DNA of 62,865 nt, the filler included, from Rhabdomonas costata (lineage: Eukaryota), in assembly GCA_019059605.1 (NCBI GenBank). It is 43 parts of 43 records of this genome, joined end to end, with 100 filler letters (N's around TTAATTAATTAA, not from the genome) between each part and the next. Parts side by side here need not be neighbours in the genome. Positions count along the whole stretch, not along the records: positions 60,038 to 61,401 come from JAHMHO010018143.1; positions 61,502 to 62,865 come from JAHMHO010018144.1; 41 more parts are not named here. One strand, 5' to 3'. The position numbers were made by a program, and so were the translations under genes. The stretch's first letter is position 1. The number at the start of each line of letters is the position of its first letter. This document shows positions 60,370-62,865 of this stretch, in pieces. The notes under the pieces are model-generated. The model ran no database searches, was not told where the DNA came from, and saw only the letters and a list, made by a program, of their open reading frames with translations.

Positions 60370-61042
60370 GAATCGAGAAGGTGCTGATCTTTGTGCGGAC
60401 CAAGGTCGGGGCGGACGAGCTGTCTCTGAGCCTCAGGAAGCTGTTCGGGGTCAGTGGGATGGCCATTCACGGGGACAAGACTCAGACGTCCCGCGAGAAG
60501 GCCCTGCTGGCCTTTGACAAGGGTGGGCTTCACTGCTTGGTGTGTGGATATGCGTGATAGGGTGTGGGCGTGAGGGACTGCTTCATGCCATTCAGAAAAA
60601 TTCCGTGGTAGCCAAGCCACTGTTGCGCTGTTCCAATGAGGGTCCCAGGGGATCCTGAAATTCTGAAGGGAAGATGAGCAGCGGTTGGAATTAACCTCAA
60701 ATCGAGATTGTCGAGGCTGGGTGCCGAAGGATTTCTTGGGCCTTGTTCAGCATCCCTTCCCTTTGAATCCTGTTGATTAATCATGTTTACATGCGGGTTT
60801 CTGCAGCGCAACGTCTCCATGGGTCTTCTGGGTGTTGTTGTTGGTGGTGGTGGTGATGGTGTGGTGGGGATGATTAGGTTGCTACGGATGTCGCTGCTCG
60901 AGGGTTGGACATCTCCCGCGTGGACCTTGTTATTCATTACGACCCCCCGGAGGGCGCGGATGGGCACAAGCAGTACCTGCACCGCTCCGGCCGCACCGCG
61001 CGGGCTGGTAAGGGGGGCTTGGTGTGCACCCTGGTGGACCGG
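60370..61042 (+). CDS. DEAD-box RNA helicase, C-terminal RecA domain; exons 60370-60539 and 60878-61042
   Basis: Motif [18 protein letters not shown], motif [14 protein letters not shown] spanning the intron, and motif [14 protein letters not shown]. Confidence 0.95.
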
Positions 61043-62434
61043 GTATTTGTGTGCCACGCGCCCCCCCTCCTCCTACGGCCTGCCCTCGCATTGAGACACA
61101 CGCCCTCATGAATGTGAACACAACCCATAAGGCATAGACTCGAAATCCACTGCTTTCTCGCTCGTTCTGAAGGTCGGCTCTTTTGTGGGGACTAAAATGC
61201 AGACATTACCAGACATTGCCTACGCACCAGTGTAGGAAGGATCCTTTTTATTTTTGAATTTTATCGAATACTGTTGTGCTGTTCATTTCTTTCTTTCGAT
61301 GCCCCCCCCCCTATCACTTTCACCACCACCACACACTCACGCACTGCATCGCCTCCCCCCTCTCTCGACATACACATACACGCACGTGCAGAACACACCA
61401 CNNNNNNNNNNNNNNNNNNNNNNNNNNNNNNNNNNNNNNNNNNNNTTAATTAATTAANNNNNNNNNNNNNNNNNNNNNNNNNNNNNNNNNNNNNNNNNNN
61501 NGTGGTGTTGTCCGGGGGGCTCGCGCTGCGGGGGGTGGTCATGGGCGGCCCCCCGGAGGTTCCCAGCTTGGTCGCGTTTTCGTCTGTAGCAAGCCCCTCT
61601 TCTTCTTTCATCATTTTCTGGCAGAAGAATGACGGACCTCCAAATGAAAGATGGGAAAGATGGGTCTCAAGCTCTTAAAAATCTCTGTGAGGATACAGAG
61701 ATTCATGTGGACATCCTTTCGCAGAGTTGGCCAGGGTGACGGTTTTGTGTCAAGGTGCAGGATATTCAACAATCTCGCAGCTGGCGGCGTATTTCACGCG
61801 GTGCCCAGTGCACGACACAGAGAGTGCACGAACGCACGCATGCACACGACAAAACACTCCTGCTCTCACTAAAGTGAAAAAACCTACGCAAGGAATTTTC
61901 CGCTAAATAACTAAATGATTCACACGCAAAAGAATGTTGCGCGCTTTTCACTGCCTCTGCAAATTCCCGCTGATCTTGCGGACGTGCGCCCCGGAAGATG
62001 GGCTGCCCACCCACAATCATGGAGGTACTTCCAAGTGTGCAAGTAACGGTGCGCAACGATTTTATGCAGCATGGTCCTATAAAAGGCACTGAAAAACTCG
62101 GAAAGCGATTGGGGCCACAAGAAAGAAATTGCAAAGCCCTGTAAAAATCTTTGGTAAAAAAAAGCACAGTTCCAATTTCCATATCCCTATGTGTTTAATC
62201 GGAGGTAATCCCTTGAAAACCCATCAAAGGCTATTATCAGCCAGGATCAAACACGAATTGGGCAAGAAGCCACACATAGCAACTCATCCAAGCAAATAGT
62301 GAGGTTGAGGTCGCTTGCCCGCAACGGCACTGCGCTAAAACGCGACAAAGGGTCAGTGGCATGGTAAGCATAAAAATAAGCGGGCGGTGGGCAAACCCAC
62401 ATCCAAAAACAAGTGATCAAAGAAAACATGCAGA

Positions 62435-62500
62435 TCAGTCTGCATCACTTCCTCGATTCACGACTGTTTTCAGTCTGCATCACTTCCTCGATTCACGACT
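62435..62500 (+). repeat. Direct tandem duplication of 31 bp (62435-62465 / 62470-62500)
   Basis: tcagtctgcatcacttcctcgattcacgact occurs twice with a 35-bp period. Confidence 0.92.
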
Positions 62501-62865
62501 CTTTGCTGCTGAAAAAAAGAAATGGGAACCTTTATGGTGATAGCCCCTGAACATATGACCTACATCAAAAATGCCTCTGGAAAATCGTTCACGCTCGGAG
62601 CTCGGGTGGATCCACATGCCCGGGAACCCATCCCAAGACGCGGAATGGTGAATACCCCTTCACCACAAGCGTGCCACGGAGTACGCTCATCAGATGAGGA
62701 AGCCCAAGAGCCCAACATGGGCGAGCTTCCTTCCCACACACCGCAACCATTCCTCGAGTAGGGAAAGAAGGCAGGGCAGTAAACCCCTCAGCATTCGAGC
62801 AATGCGTTGTCGGCGGGCGGGCAGCCGACATGGGAGCCGATGACAGCTTCGGCCCACACACCACA

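Larger units (their letters stand above)
1367..61501. other. 42 artificial scaffold spacers (N44-TTAATTAATTAA-N44) joining 43 unlinked contigs of about 1.36 kb; first spacer 1367-1466, last 61402-61501
   Basis: The same 100-bp spacer recurs about every 1,465 bp. TTAATTAATTAA places stops in all six frames. Contig lengths are nearly constant, as in a length-sorted list. Confidence 0.99.

Noticed and set aside
1411-61457. Regularly spaced TTAATTAATTAA as a CRISPR-like or biological repeat
   Set aside because: It always sits between two runs of 44 N. It is an assembly linker.
1-62865. rRNA, tRNA, CRISPR arrays, telomeric arrays and euglenid-type non-conventional introns
   Set aside because: None recognised by eye. 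Every intron anchored on both sides by homology is GT-AG. A tRNAscan/Infernal run would be needed to exclude small RNAs.

Overview
This is not one locus. It is 43 unlinked contigs of about 1,360-1,366 bp, joined by 42 artificial 100-bp spacers (N44-TTAATTAATTAA-N44, a stop linker in all six frames), so adjacency across spacers means nothing. Most contigs start G/T-only and end C/A-only, and five carry perfect terminal fold-backs, which points to whole-genome-amplified (probably single-cell) DNA. The source is an intron-rich eukaryote, most likely a protist; a euglenozoan affinity is only a weak guess. Recognisable gene fragments: Cdt2/DTL, TRP channel, U-box, ankyrin, kelch, DUF900 hydrolase, SERCA-type Ca2+-ATPase, SNM1/Pso2 nuclease, arginine deiminase, ABCG/PDR, an R-S-ExE ADP-ribosyltransferase with a 97-aa insert, a NACHT NTPase, an RGG/PY-NLS RNA-binding protein, a degenerate class III cyclase, a GNFWW-motif protein, GCP5, an insulinase and a DEAD-box helicase. 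Mobile-element relics: Ty3/gypsy integrase, a Merlin/IS1595-like zinc ribbon, a 220-bp fold-back element, and two related decayed Dam-like (NPPW) DNA adenine methyltransferases. The best novelty candidate is a retroelement family carrying that methyltransferase in a non-DIRS position (acidic linker before it; a PPT-like tract and TG right after it). All family calls are by-eye motif recognition; no database search was run.
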